Assembly: GCA_963714015.1 (NCBI GenBank)
Contig: OY970223.1
Span: 288,001 to 352,000, forward strand
DNA: 64,000 bases
Direction of reading: 5' to 3'
Origin: Vulcanimicrobiota bacterium
GTDB taxonomy: Bacteria > Vulcanimicrobiota > Vulcanimicrobiia > Vulcanimicrobiales > Vulcanimicrobiaceae
Positions 11,047-20,617 of the stretch are shown here, one piece after another. Positions within the stretch are counted from its first letter, which is position 1. The number at the start of each line of letters is the position of its first letter. A program made the translations under genes and the position numbers. Under the pieces are notes generated by a model, which was given only the letters and a program-made list of their open reading frames with translations, was not told the DNA's origin and did not search any database.

Positions 11047-11652
11047 TTAGCCGATAATCTTCGAGACCAGTTCCGTACGGTTGCGGGAGTGCGTCTTGGC
11101 AAGAAGTTGCTTCACGTGAAAGATCGCGGTGGACTCGGCAATGTGGAGTTGTTCGGCGATTTCGCTATTCTTGGCGCCCCGGCTAATGAGGCGCAGCACC
11201 TGTCGCTCGCGCGCCGACAGCTTGAAGCGCGCGGCCAGCGCATCCATGTGCGCACGAACCTTGACACGCTCCGCGATCACCGCGTACGCCGCGTTCCCGG
11301 TCCCTTGTAAGCGCAGCAAGCGAACGACGATCGATCGATTCGGCGCCGCGCTGAGCACGTCGGCTTGTCCGTTCGTCGAAAGCGTGCGGCGCAGCAACGC
11401 CACGACCGTGCGTTCGATCAGCGGCGGCAGCGTCGTTCCGCCTTGCGGCATGCGGCAATCGCGCCGGCGTTCGTGCGGATCCTCACGATAATGCAGCACG
11501 TTGAGGAATTCATCCACAACGTACAATGCCGGCGTCGCGCGACGCCGGAGAAGGTCAAGTTCATTTTCCGCGATGCGGTCCTGGCGCTGTTCCGAGTCGC
11601 CTCCCACTAATGAGAGGGCGTCGAGGGGCGACGAGTCACTGTTCAGTTGCAT
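11047..11652 (-). CDS. LuxR-type HTH transcriptional regulator without receiver domain
   Basis: LSARERQVLRLISRGAKNSEIAEQLHIAESTAIFHVKQLLAKTHSRNRTELV. Confidence 0.9.
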   Translation of the reverse strand: MQLNSDSSPLDALSLVGGDSEQRQDRIAENELDLLRRRATPALYVVDEFLNVLHYREDPHERRRDCRMPQGGTTLPPLIERTVVALLRRTLSTNGQADVLSAAPNRSIVVRLLRLQGTGNAAYAVIAERVKVRAHMDALAARFKLSARERQVLRLISRGAKNSEIAEQLHIAESTAIFHVKQLLAKTHSRNRTELVSKIIG

Positions 11653-11742
11653 AACCCGCAGTTCTGAGAGTTAGAAATGCTGGGACACTTAGTTAGCATT
11701 GACATACATCGACACCTCGTTATTTATGACGGAGCGCTTATT

Positions 11743-12105
11743 ATGGTTTCGTATCGCACCCTCATTTTTGGAACTATCGCAGTAATCAGCGCGTCTGCTC
11801 CCGCAGTCGCCAGCGGCCTCAGTGCACTTCCCGGCCCACAGCAAGCCGTAGTTAGCAGTCAGGGCCTGAGCGCTCTGCCCGCAAAAACGAAGCCGCAAAC
11901 CGTCAAGCAGAGCTCCTCGGAGAACGTCGTCACTCTGGTTCTGCAGCGTCTCGGCCAGTTGGAGCGGCAGATTCTTCAGCCTGCACCGCTAAAGCGGCGC
12001 TCCGTTTCACGGGAGCACGACCTCAATCATCGCAGTAACTACAGCGGGATCGAAATGCGCGCCGCTGTGCCGTTTGAGTTCTTCCACCGCCACGGAAGGC
12101 GATAG
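11743..12105 (+). CDS. Small secreted protein with two GLSALP repeats (true 3' end may be near 11992)
   Basis: TTGACA at 11699, GGAG RBS, Sec-type signal (TLIFGTIAVISASAPAVA), GLSALP twice; C-terminus overlaps the convergent HD-GYP end. Confidence 0.55.
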   Translation: MVSYRTLIFGTIAVISASAPAVASGLSALPGPQQAVVSSQGLSALPAKTKPQTVKQSSSENVVTLVLQRLGQLERQILQPAPLKRRSVSREHDLNHRSNYSGIEMRAAVPFEFFHRHGRR

Positions 12106-12967
12106 AGGCTTGCGGTACGGACGGCGCGCTACCATTGCATTAAACGCGTCGGCTACGGCGACTATCCTGGCCGTCAATGGAATCCTCGAGTCTGTCCAGG
12201 CCGTCGGGATATCCCCGTCCGTCCATTCGTTCGTGATGCCATCGAACGGCCGGTAAAAAATCCTGGAGTTCCGGAAAGGACTCTATGGCGTCCACCCCAT
12301 CGAGTGTGTGACGGCGCATAATCTGCCACTCTGCGTCGCTCAAGGATCTCGGTGCGGTAAGGATTTCCAAAGGCGTGCGCACTTTACCGATATCGTGGAT
12401 CAAGCCGCTGCGCGATGCCAACAGCGTCTCCTCTCGGCTCATCGACATCTTCTTCGCGATACGGGAGCACCACATTCCGACCGCTCGCGAATGCTCTGCG
12501 GTAATCGTGTCGCGCTCCGATAGCTGAAACAGCACTTCATCGATTTTCGCATCGATGGAATCCAGAGCGAAGTGCTCTTCGTGGAAATTCAGCCGCGACG
12601 CGCTGACGGTTACATCGATACGATGTTGAAGCCGCTCGAGCGAATGAATGACCTCGCTATCCGATCCAAAATCCTGGATAAGGTGGTCCAATGCGGCGCT
12701 CACTGTACTCGTGAACACGCCGAAAAGGCCCTGTTCACGGGCATATCCGCGCAAAGATGCGGAGATCCAGGATACGATGTCCTCATCGTCGGAAGTTCTT
12801 ATCGTCTTAATCAGGTAGTCCAGTGCTCGATTACAAAGCGCGTCCGCAAGAACGGTCTGGCGTTCCGGCGACACGGATCGATTCAAAGCGACGCTGACGA
12901 TTCGCCGGCGGTCGAGCTCCAAGGATCGCCCGAGCGAGAGATCCTCCCAATGCGCATCAATGCTCAT
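12007..12967 (-). CDS. HD-GYP domain phosphodiesterase (single frameshift near 12185)
   Basis: TAEHSRAV, IHDIGK, RWHHERMDGRGYPDG; alternate frame continues IPLTARIVAVADAFNAM...HFDPAVV to TGA at 12007. Confidence 0.88.
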
Positions 12968-15321
12968 GCCACGCTCACGATCGGTTGGAGAGGCAAAGCG
13001 GCGAAAACGGCGGCTAATCCGCCGAAGTCTTTCTCAGTGAGGACTTCTAGCGCATCCAGGAGTTCATTGTAGCCGCTTTCGTTCTCCCAACGATGCAAAA
13101 GCGCTCGCGCCGCATGAATAAGTGCCTGAGCTCTGGGCGAGCTCCCGGCGGCGGTGCCGACGACATTGCGAAGCCACAGCCGAGCTTCGGAACGCCGGCC
13201 GAGCAAGTAAAGAGCGATAAGCAGCATTACTTTCGAACGCACTGTGCGGCAGATATTAGATTGAATCGCCTTAATGCATTTTTCTGCTTCCAATACTGCC
13301 TTTGAAGCTTCGTCCGGGCGGCCTGCAGCCACCGCGTAGAATGCGATTTCGGCTAAGCGGAGGGCACGACGGTCATCGTTGGTTTGGCGCTCCACCGTAG
13401 GACTCAGAAGACGAAACGCCTCGAGAAAATCGCCCGAGGAGGCCAATCGAACAGCCTGTCCCGGAAGGAGCGCCTCGTCGATGGCTTGATCGGCATAGTC
13501 GACTTCGTACAAATCCATCATGCGTTCGACGCGGAGCAACGTCTGTAAGTCGCCCGTGTCGGCGGCGATATCGAAGGTGCCGAGCAAAGCGTAGAGCCGC
13601 AGCTTCTGCTCGCCACACTTAAGACCACAATCCCAGATCTTGTTCATCAAATCGAGAGACGATTTCATGTCGTCTTCAATTTCGTACGCCACGTTGTACA
13701 GCACGCTATAGGCTCGCGCAGCAACGTCGTAAAGACCGCACTCGGTCGCAAGATAGACGGCCCGTGCGCCATACTGCTTGGCGAGCACGGGATCACCGGT
13801 GAAGAGCGCCACCCATGCGGAATGCTGATAGATCTTCGCTTGCAAACTGGTGGTCGATGCGGCTGGTATCAAGCGCAGCGCTTGCGCGATCGTTTGATTC
13901 GCGTCGTCAAAACGGCCCGCAATTACGTAAGCGGTAGCAAGTGCTGAAAGCATTGAGGCCAGTAATTCGGTCGGGAGATCCGGCGTCTCGATATAGCGTT
14001 CCAAAATCTCGACGCTGCCGGCTCGCCCTTGACGAATTCTATCGAGGGCGTGATGGTAGGCGATCGTCGCTCGAATTTCCGGAGCAACGGCCAAGTCCAG
14101 AGCGTGAAGGTACCAAGAGTCCGACGTGTCGTGCCGGCCGGCTTGTGCTTCATCGATCGCGCGTAAGGCCATGAGCGTCGCGCTCTTGTGCAAACGCTCG
14201 TCGCCGGCCAGGCAGATTGCACGACGAATGAGGTCCAGATGGCCTTTATCGACGAGATCGAACCCGTGCTGAACGCAGATTCGGACTACGTTGGCGGCAT
14301 CTTCGCCGGCGGCAAATAGGCTCAGCGCGTCGGCGGTACGCCCGCATCGTTCCAAAAGCGAGGCGCCGTAGGTCATGGCGCTGCGGCGGCCGCCGCTGCC
14401 GGCGGGGCCGATGCGCTCGAGTAAAAAGCGGCGGAAAAGCTCGTGGAACACATACCGGCCCCCCGCGCGTGCGGAGAAAACCAACCCATTGCGTGCCAAA
14501 TCGCGCACGCGCTCGATGCACGTTGCCCAGGGGCTTTTTTCGAGCAGCTCCTCATCGATGTCCGTGAGTACGGCGGCGCCCATCAATAAACTCTGCACGT
14601 CCTCGCGGCAGCGGACGAAATACGCTTGCGCGAAAAATGCGTAGGTATGGTCCACAGGAACGCGGCCGCCGTCGAACACGTGCGCACCCAAGTGGAAGGC
14701 CGCGGGCCAGCCGCCGGTCAGGTTGTAAAGCGGCTCTAACAGATCGCGCGCGAGACCCGCATCGCCCGCAATGATCTCCGCCTCGGCGCGGGTAAAGCGC
14801 AGCTGCTCCGCATCGATGGTTGATATGTGCACGCCCGCTTTAGCCACTTCTTCCAGCGGCACGCTGTCTGCGTCACGGCTGGTGAATATCCAGCGCGTCT
14901 TCGGGGCGGAGCTCTGAATCAGGCGCGCCAGCAGCTGCCGAACCTGTTCGTCCGAACCAGCGTGATGCGCGTCTTCGATTGCAATCACTTCGGCGGTGGA
15001 TCCGCTCAAGTGATCCAGCAGCCAGACCGCGATCTCTTCGTACGGCTTGGGCGACTGCATTGCGTACTCGATCGCGCCTGGAAACGTCGTCTGCAGGCCG
15101 GGAATGACGCGCGCAGCGGCCTCGACGAATCCGCGAACGAAGGGCACGAACGTCTTGTAGCTCGCGCGCGCTTCATAATGAATCGCCGTCTTAGGCGTAG
15201 CGGCTAAGAATTGCCGAACGGCGACGCTCTTGCCGAATCCGGAACTCGCCGTGATAAGCGTCGCTCCGCTGTTCGTGTCGAACAGCGCGTCCAAGATGCG
15301 CGGCCTAGCGAGCAGCGCCAT
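12964..15321 (-). CDS. MalT-like STAND ATPase with TPR sensor, lacking C-terminal LuxR HTH
   Basis: RPRI, ITASSGFGKS (Walker A), IEDAHHA, LRFTRAEA, TGGWPAA, YVFHELFRRFL, helical repeats; stop overlaps HD-GYP start (ATGA). Confidence 0.82.
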   Translation of the reverse strand: MALLARPRILDALFDTNSGATLITASSGFGKSVAVRQFLAATPKTAIHYEARASYKTFVPFVRGFVEAAARVIPGLQTTFPGAIEYAMQSPKPYEEIAVWLLDHLSGSTAEVIAIEDAHHAGSDEQVRQLLARLIQSSAPKTRWIFTSRDADSVPLEEVAKAGVHISTIDAEQLRFTRAEAEIIAGDAGLARDLLEPLYNLTGGWPAAFHLGAHVFDGGRVPVDHTYAFFAQAYFVRCREDVQSLLMGAAVLTDIDEELLEKSPWATCIERVRDLARNGLVFSARAGGRYVFHELFRRFLLERIGPAGSGGRRSAMTYGASLLERCGRTADALSLFAAGEDAANVVRICVQHGFDLVDKGHLDLIRRAICLAGDERLHKSATLMALRAIDEAQAGRHDTSDSWYLHALDLAVAPEIRATIAYHHALDRIRQGRAGSVEILERYIETPDLPTELLASMLSALATAYVIAGRFDDANQTIAQALRLIPAASTTSLQAKIYQHSAWVALFTGDPVLAKQYGARAVYLATECGLYDVAARAYSVLYNVAYEIEDDMKSSLDLMNKIWDCGLKCGEQKLRLYALLGTFDIAADTGDLQTLLRVERMMDLYEVDYADQAIDEALLPGQAVRLASSGDFLEAFRLLSPTVERQTNDDRRALRLAEIAFYAVAAGRPDEASKAVLEAEKCIKAIQSNICRTVRSKVMLLIALYLLGRRSEARLWLRNVVGTAAGSSPRAQALIHAARALLHRWENESGYNELLDALEVLTEKDFGGLAAVFAALPLQPIVSVA

Positions 15322-15323
15322 GG

Positions 15324-17038
15324 TTACGTCCTGTGAAACTGGAGCCAATTATCGAAATCGGACTCCGTGAGCGGGCTGCAGATATGATATCCCTGAAGGG
15401 CGCTGACGCCATGCGAGATCAGCCATTCTTGCTGCCAGGCTTCCTCGACGTTTTCGGCAATTACGCTCCACCCGAGGCGGTTTGCCGTTTCGATTACCGC
15501 AATCGACGAAAAGATGTTTTGGCCTTGAAGGGCATCCGGAATGATCCCGCGGCCGACTTTGACGAAATCCAGCGGAAGACGCGCAAGTACTTGCAGCGAG
15601 AGCCCCCCGCAACCAAAGCGGCTCAGACCGACGCGAAATCCGCGTGCGCGGCACGCTTCGATAAAATGCGTGTACTCTTTTTCATCGTTGGCGACGGCTT
15701 GCTCGGGAATCTCGACCATGATGTCGCCGCGGCCTTCGTGCGAAATCGCCAAGAGTTCTTCGTTGGGCTCGCTCACGTTCACGTGAATGGCGAGAGGCTG
15801 GCGCAGGCGCCGCAGCTTCGAGTGCTTCTCGATTGCCGTTGAAAAGACCCATTCCTCAATGCGGTTGAGCACGCGCTGGTCGCGTGACGCGTCCAGAAAC
15901 GCATGCGGGGAAAGCATGCCCATGCCGGGGTGCAGCCAGCGAATAAGCGCTTCAGCGCCGATTGCGCGTCCGGTCCGAGCGTCGATGATCGGCTGGTAGC
16001 AAAGGAAGAACTCACGCTCCATGTCCGTGTTCGCGAGCTGCGCTGCGAACAAGTGCTGGACGTGGCCGTTCTTCTCACCTCCGGCTCCGTAGAAGACGAA
16101 GCCTTCGCCGGCATGACGTTTGGCTTGATACATCGCCGCATCGGCGTGGCCAAGGAGTTCTTCCGCATTCACGCCGTCGCGCGGGTAAATTGCAATGCCG
16201 ACGCTCGCGCGAACGGCCGCTTTCACGCCTTCGTGCAAAATCGGTTCGCGCAAAGCTGCAAGAACGCGCCGAACGATTTGCACCAGCTGCGACTCGCCGC
16301 TGAACGAGGTCACCAGCAGCGCAAATTCATCGCCGCCGATGCGGCCGGCCATTTCGTGTTTGCGAAGCACGCTGCGCATGCGTTGCGCGGTCTGCGCGAG
16401 CGCCACGTCGCCGAACGCATGCCCGTACGTATCGTTGACTTCTTTGAAGCCGTCCAGGTCGACGTAGAAAAGCGCAATCTCGCCGTTGTTGCGCTCGGCC
16501 GAAGAAACCGCCACGGCGATTTGCTCGAGCGTGGCGGCGCGGTTATGCAATCCGGTGAGCGGGTCGGTGATGATTCGGCTGGAGATCTCCCGCTCTTTTT
16601 GAACTTTTTCCAGCAGGCGCGCAACGACGCGAGTAAGAACTTGACGTAGCGCGATTCTTCGTCCGAAACACCGATCTCACGCCGCGCCTTCCAGGCACAC
16701 AGCAGGATGTGCGTCTTGTCGTACACGGTGAGCGGCGCGACCAGCACCGAACGCAGCGGGATTGCCGTAACCAGCGGATGGACGCTCCAGATGTCGTTTT
16801 GATCCAAATCGTCGAGCACGAGCGGCTTGTCGATATCGGTCGCAAGTGCGCCCAGCGCGTATTCGGGTGCTCCGGCTGCCAAGGCAACGACGTGCTCGGC
16901 ATCCAGCAAGCCGACGCTCACGTACGAACGATCTTCGGTGTTGAAGAGCTCGACGTATTCACACTGCAATGCTGAAGCAGCTTCACCTAAAAGCGCGCGC
17001 AATTGAGCGTCGGATGATGTATCCGCGCCCAATGACAA
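15324..17038 (-). CDS. GAF-GGDEF-EAL diguanylate cyclase/phosphodiesterase (frameshift near 16615)
   Basis: TDPLTGLHNR, DLDGFKEVNDTYGH, RIGGDEF, YQPI, EALIRW; N-terminal GAF in ORF 16310-17038; the frame stays open slightly further upstream. Confidence 0.88.
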
Positions 17039-17212
17039 TTCCCACAGAGCTTGTAGCCGGTGGTGGTGGTCCCGCAGACTCCTGCAACAATTACCAGGTC
17101 CTTCTTGCGGCCAAGTCCCCCGGCCGCGCTGCTACATTTAGCTGCAACCTGCCTAGGCTCCCTTTCAGGATAGTCCGCATGGACTATCGAGTCGGAATAT
17201 GGTTCGAAGGTC

Positions 17213-17509
17213 CTACTCTATACGATAGGACCCGCTCAAGTCTACCTCCAAACGGCGCCCGCCTACAGCAATGCTGCGGACATGGTGGTCCCAAAATGTA
17301 AGTATCCGTACCAAAACAGGACGCAGCCCGGCGATGATGATGCGCGCGCGCTGCGAGACGGCGACGGCATCCTTTACCCATTTCGGATGTTCGCGCGGGA
17401 GTGGGGGCGTGTCGAGCTCATCCTCCGGAATGAGAGGCAGAATTGGGAGGGGGCCGGTAACCGCCGGCTGGGGATAAAGGAGATTACTCTCCGGATCGAT
17501 GCGCGCCAT
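17213..17509 (-). CDS. Hypothetical proline-rich protein coupled to the sigma factor gene
   Basis: ATG 17509 with AAGGAG RBS inside the fliA 3' end; 98 aa. Confidence 0.55.
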   Translation of the reverse strand: MARIDPESNLLYPQPAVTGPLPILPLIPEDELDTPPLPREHPKWVKDAVAVSQRARIIIAGLRPVLVRILTFWDHHVRSIAVGGRRLEVDLSGSYRIE

Positions 17510-18173
17510 GAATCTCCTTACGCAGGTTCCGAAGGGCCGCCAAATGCAACTGCGAGGCTCGCTGCGGCGATATCGCCATCGCCCGGCCAATCTGATGCAG
17601 TGATTGGCCTCGGAAGTAGTGCAGCGCTACGACGTACCGCTGCCGTACGGGAAGCCGCTTGAGCGCCGCGCGTACGCCGGCGCGCTCCTCGCGCCGCCCC
17701 GCGAGGAATGCCGGATCCCCACTCCAATCCCCCGACAGACTCTCGCCGGCCGGAAGGGGACCGTCGAGCGAGAGGGGAGCGTGGCAATACGCATGCAACG
17801 TGGCGCGCCGCAGCGCCGGCCGGCGCGCTTCCAGCTCGCTTTGGCTAAGCAGCTGGCCGGTAGTGCTGGCCACCTGGTAACGCTCGCGTTCCGCCTCGCG
17901 AACCTCGCGGCGGACGCGTTCGGAGACCGGGTCAAGTTTTCGTAAACCGTTGAGCATTGCGCCGGCAACGATATGTGCAGCGTACCGTTCCAGCGTCGGA
18001 CCGCGCGACGGATCGAACGAGTCCACGGCGCGGATCAACCCGACGCTGCCCTCGCCGACCAAGTCATCCAGATCGCTCCTCGGCACAACGCGCTGAACAC
18101 GGCGCGCAATCTTCTTGACGAGCGGAAAAAGCCGGCGAATCGTCGATTCGCGTTCATCCATCGGGCTAGCCAT
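17484..18173 (-). CDS. fliA: RNA polymerase sigma factor, FliA/WhiG (sigma-28) family
   Basis: LVKKIARRV, DDLVGEGSVGLIRAVDSFDPSRG, GAMLNGLRKLD, region 4 ISPQRASQLH; near flgFG. Confidence 0.8.
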   Translation of the reverse strand: MASPMDERESTIRRLFPLVKKIARRVQRVVPRSDLDDLVGEGSVGLIRAVDSFDPSRGPTLERYAAHIVAGAMLNGLRKLDPVSERVRREVREAERERYQVASTTGQLLSQSELEARRPALRRATLHAYCHAPLSLDGPLPAGESLSGDWSGDPAFLAGRREERAGVRAALKRLPVRQRYVVALHYFRGQSLHQIGRAMAISPQRASQLHLAALRNLRKEIHGAHRSGE

Positions 18174-18399
18174 CGCGGCGTTCCAAGAGCGATGCCAAAG
18201 CAGCAGTAAAACCCTGCGCGGCAATAGCTCCGAATTCACCGAAAGCGGATTGCATTGGCCCAAGCATCGGCTCGAAAAGCAGGGCTTCGAATTGTGCGCG
18301 CACGCGCGCGAGCGACGAATCCATGCCCAGACCGTAGCGCGGTCTTGTTGCCGCTATTTGACGGTCATATGAAGCGAAACTGAAGCGCGCTTAACGGGT

Positions 18400-18783
18400 C
18401 TAACGATCGGGTGACGGTGCTACAATCGCCCGGAACGCTGCGCTGTCGAACAGTACAATCGCCGAAGCGATCTCGCCATTTCGTACTTTATGCCACTCAG
18501 CCATCGTTACCGTGCCGCTCTTTTGAGGCCCTTGCAGTGCAAGTTCATGCACCGAGCAGACGTCGCAGCCGTCTGCCCACTGTTTGAGCAGCAGGTGGCC
18601 GCGGCTGGTGGCTTTTAAGCCTTGCGCACTTTGCAAAAACGCATCGCGCCCTTTAACGGAAACAAATGGACCGTTGAATTCAAAGTTTTCGGCGAGCATG
18701 ACGCCGGCTGCCTCGAAGTCGCCGCCGTAAAATACCGTCAAGTAGCGAGAAACGAGTTCGCTTGCATTTACTGCTTGCATCAT
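18400..18783 (-). CDS. SnoaL-like / NTF2 family protein
   Basis: GDFEAAGVMLAENFEFNGP...GRDAF...AEWHKVRNGEI...FD. Confidence 0.8.
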   Translation of the reverse strand: MMQAVNASELVSRYLTVFYGGDFEAAGVMLAENFEFNGPFVSVKGRDAFLQSAQGLKATSRGHLLLKQWADGCDVCSVHELALQGPQKSGTVTMAEWHKVRNGEIASAIVLFDSAAFRAIVAPSPDR

Positions 18784-18818
18784 GCAAGCATAATACCAAG
18801 ACCTGTTGCATCATGCAA
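18772..18818. promoter_or_regulatory. Two TTGCATCATGCAA palindromes, probable HxlR-family operators
   Basis: TGCTTGCAT-C-ATGCAAGCA (18772-18790) and TTGCAT-C-ATGCAA (18806-18818) between divergent snoaL and hxlR genes. Confidence 0.65.
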
Positions 18819-18840
18819 GTACCTCGGATATACTATCTCT

Positions 18841-19288
18841 ATGCTGGGTAGCACTTATGAGGGCCAAAACTGTTCCGCCGCTCGTACGCTGGAGGTTATC
18901 GGCGAACGCTGGAGCCTGCTCATCATCCGTGACGCGCTATTTCGGGGCATGACGCGCTTTGCGGATTTTCAACGCAGCCTGGGGATCGCGACAAACGTAC
19001 TCGCAAAGCGCCTCGATAAGCTTCGTGTCTGCGGGTCTGATGGAGAAATATACTGGCGAGGACGGTTACTCACAGTATCGTCTTACCAAGAAGGGGCGCG
19101 ACCTTCTGCCGGTGATTGTTGCACTGACGAAGTGGGGCGATTGCTGGAGCGCGCCGGATGGGCCGCCCGTCACGTTCGTGCACGAGTGCGGTGGGGCGAT
19201 CGAGCAAAAATTGATCTGCAAGCAGTGTGGTCCAGTGAGCAAGAACGAGGTTCTCGCCAAACCGCGCCGCTTAAAGCGCGCCGGATAA
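18841..19288 (+). CDS. HxlR family winged-helix regulator (frameshift near 19022)
   Basis: CSAARTLEVIGERWSLLIIRD...RFADFQRSLGIATNVLAKRL joined to YRLTKKGRDLLPVIVALTKWGD. Confidence 0.88.
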
Positions 19289-19370
19289 CGAATCTACAGC
19301 CGTGCCGCAATGCGATGGCCACTATGGTGCAGTTTCGAGGATTCAGAAAGCTGCTTAGCCCTTAAGCTAT

Positions 19371-19426
19371 CCTCGCTGCAGGTTATCCGCAATACGCATC
19401 ATTTCGTCCGCCGCTTGGACGCCTTT
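19371..19426 (-). repeat. 56-bp perfect direct repeat of the flgG 3' end (copy 1)
   Basis: CCTCGCTGCAGGTTATCCGCAATACGCATCATTTCGTCCGCCGCTTGGACGCCTTT identical to 20622-20677. Confidence 0.95.
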
Positions 19427-19651
19427 AGGAGTGCATACAAAAAGTAGACGAGCGCCGCAGTTCAAGCGCGGTGGCTCCCCTTGTAGACTGCGATCTGTCA
19501 TAACGCCGGCGAGGTCGGCACCCAAAGGGCGTAGGGAAGGATCTCCCAATAGCGCCAACCCGACGCACAGGGCGAAGCGAATCAAGCCAGGTCGCCGCTT
19601 TAATAGGGGGGAGCCTACTCGCCTATGGCCTCGACCGCTCTGGCCTTTCGC

Positions 19652-19680
19652 TTGACTTTATGTTTTACTTAATGTAAGTT
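19652..19680 (+). promoter_or_regulatory. Sigma70-like promoter with overlapping palindrome
   Basis: TTGACT-17bp-TAAGTT; ACTTA-atg-TAAGT (19667-19679) overlaps the -10. Confidence 0.5.
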
Positions 19681-19721
19681 GTGCTTTGTATAAATCACTT
19701 TAGCTATTAGCCGGAGTTTTT

Positions 19722-20231
19722 ATGTCGAAGCCTGCTTCGTCCCTGTCGGCCTCGTCCAAGCCGCCCATGCCCGTATCCGCCCTTCTTACCCGCGTCGCCG
19801 TCATAGTGATGGGTCTCGGCTTACTTTCCGGCCAGGCCGGGGCGCGCCAACTGCTGCACCTCGACGGAGTAGCCGGCCCGCTGACGGCCTCCTACGTCTA
19901 TTGGTTCAGCCTGTTGGCACCGGCGTTCTTCCTCATGGCCTTGTGGATGGCGTCGAATGCATTTGCGTGCATCGGCCGGGGCGACGCCTTCGGTCCGTCG
20001 ATGGTCAAAGGGCTGACGGGAATCGGTTTCAATCTATTGCTCGGAGCATTTGCCGCCACTGTCGTGCAGCCCAGCCTGATCTTTCTCATCGGCAATGGAT
20101 TCACGACAATGCGCTTCGCCATATTTGATCTGGACGTCGAGAATCTCACCCTCGCCCTGATCGGGATTGTCCTCATCCTCCTGGCACGCCAAGGGCAGAC
20201 GTTGAAATCGAAGCTGGACGAGTTCGTCTAA
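19722..20231 (+). CDS. DUF2975 family membrane protein
   Basis: Four hydrophobic segments, GDAF, C-terminal QGQTLKSKLDEFV, paired with XRE HTH gene. Confidence 0.75.
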   Translation: MSKPASSLSASSKPPMPVSALLTRVAVIVMGLGLLSGQAGARQLLHLDGVAGPLTASYVYWFSLLAPAFFLMALWMASNAFACIGRGDAFGPSMVKGLTGIGFNLLLGAFAATVVQPSLIFLIGNGFTTMRFAIFDLDVENLTLALIGIVLILLARQGQTLKSKLDEFV

Positions 20232-20464
20232 TGCCGGTGCGCGTTACCTTGGACGTCATGCTGGCCCGGCGTAAGATGCGCGCCCGCGACGTAGCGGAGA
20301 AGATCGGCCTGTCGGAGACTCAGGTAAGTTTGTTGCGCACGGGCAAGGTCAGAGGCATGCGCTTTGACACCCTGTCCAAGCTCTGCCTCGTGCTCGATTG
20401 CGTACCGGGAGACATCCTCGACTACGATCAGGACGACGCGGACCTCGATTCAAGAAGCGAATAG
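20231..20464 (+). CDS. Cro/C1-type (YozG-like) HTH regulator
   Basis: VTLDVMLARRKM...LSETQVSLLRTGKVRGMRFDTLSKLCLVLDCVPGDIL. Confidence 0.9.
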   Translation: MPVRVTLDVMLARRKMRARDVAEKIGLSETQVSLLRTGKVRGMRFDTLSKLCLVLDCVPGDILDYDQDDADLDSRSE

Positions 20465-20617
20465 GTCAAAAAGAAAAACCGCTCGCGCTTTACTGGCGAT
20501 AGTGGATCGCCTGGATCTCGGCCATCGTGGTATTGGTCGCCCGCGCGAGCCTCGGCGCTCTGGGCGCGAAGTAATGCATCACGGATCTTCGAGTTCGGCG
20601 TTGATCTGCCATCGCCG

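Noticed and set aside
19290..19320. Possible third degenerate flgG-end copy (encodes RIAARL* versus RIADNLQ)
   Set aside because: Too short and divergent to distinguish from chance
19367..19585. 72-aa ORF ending in the FlgG C-terminal peptide
   Set aside because: By-product of the 56-bp duplication; the remainder has no RBS or family resemblance
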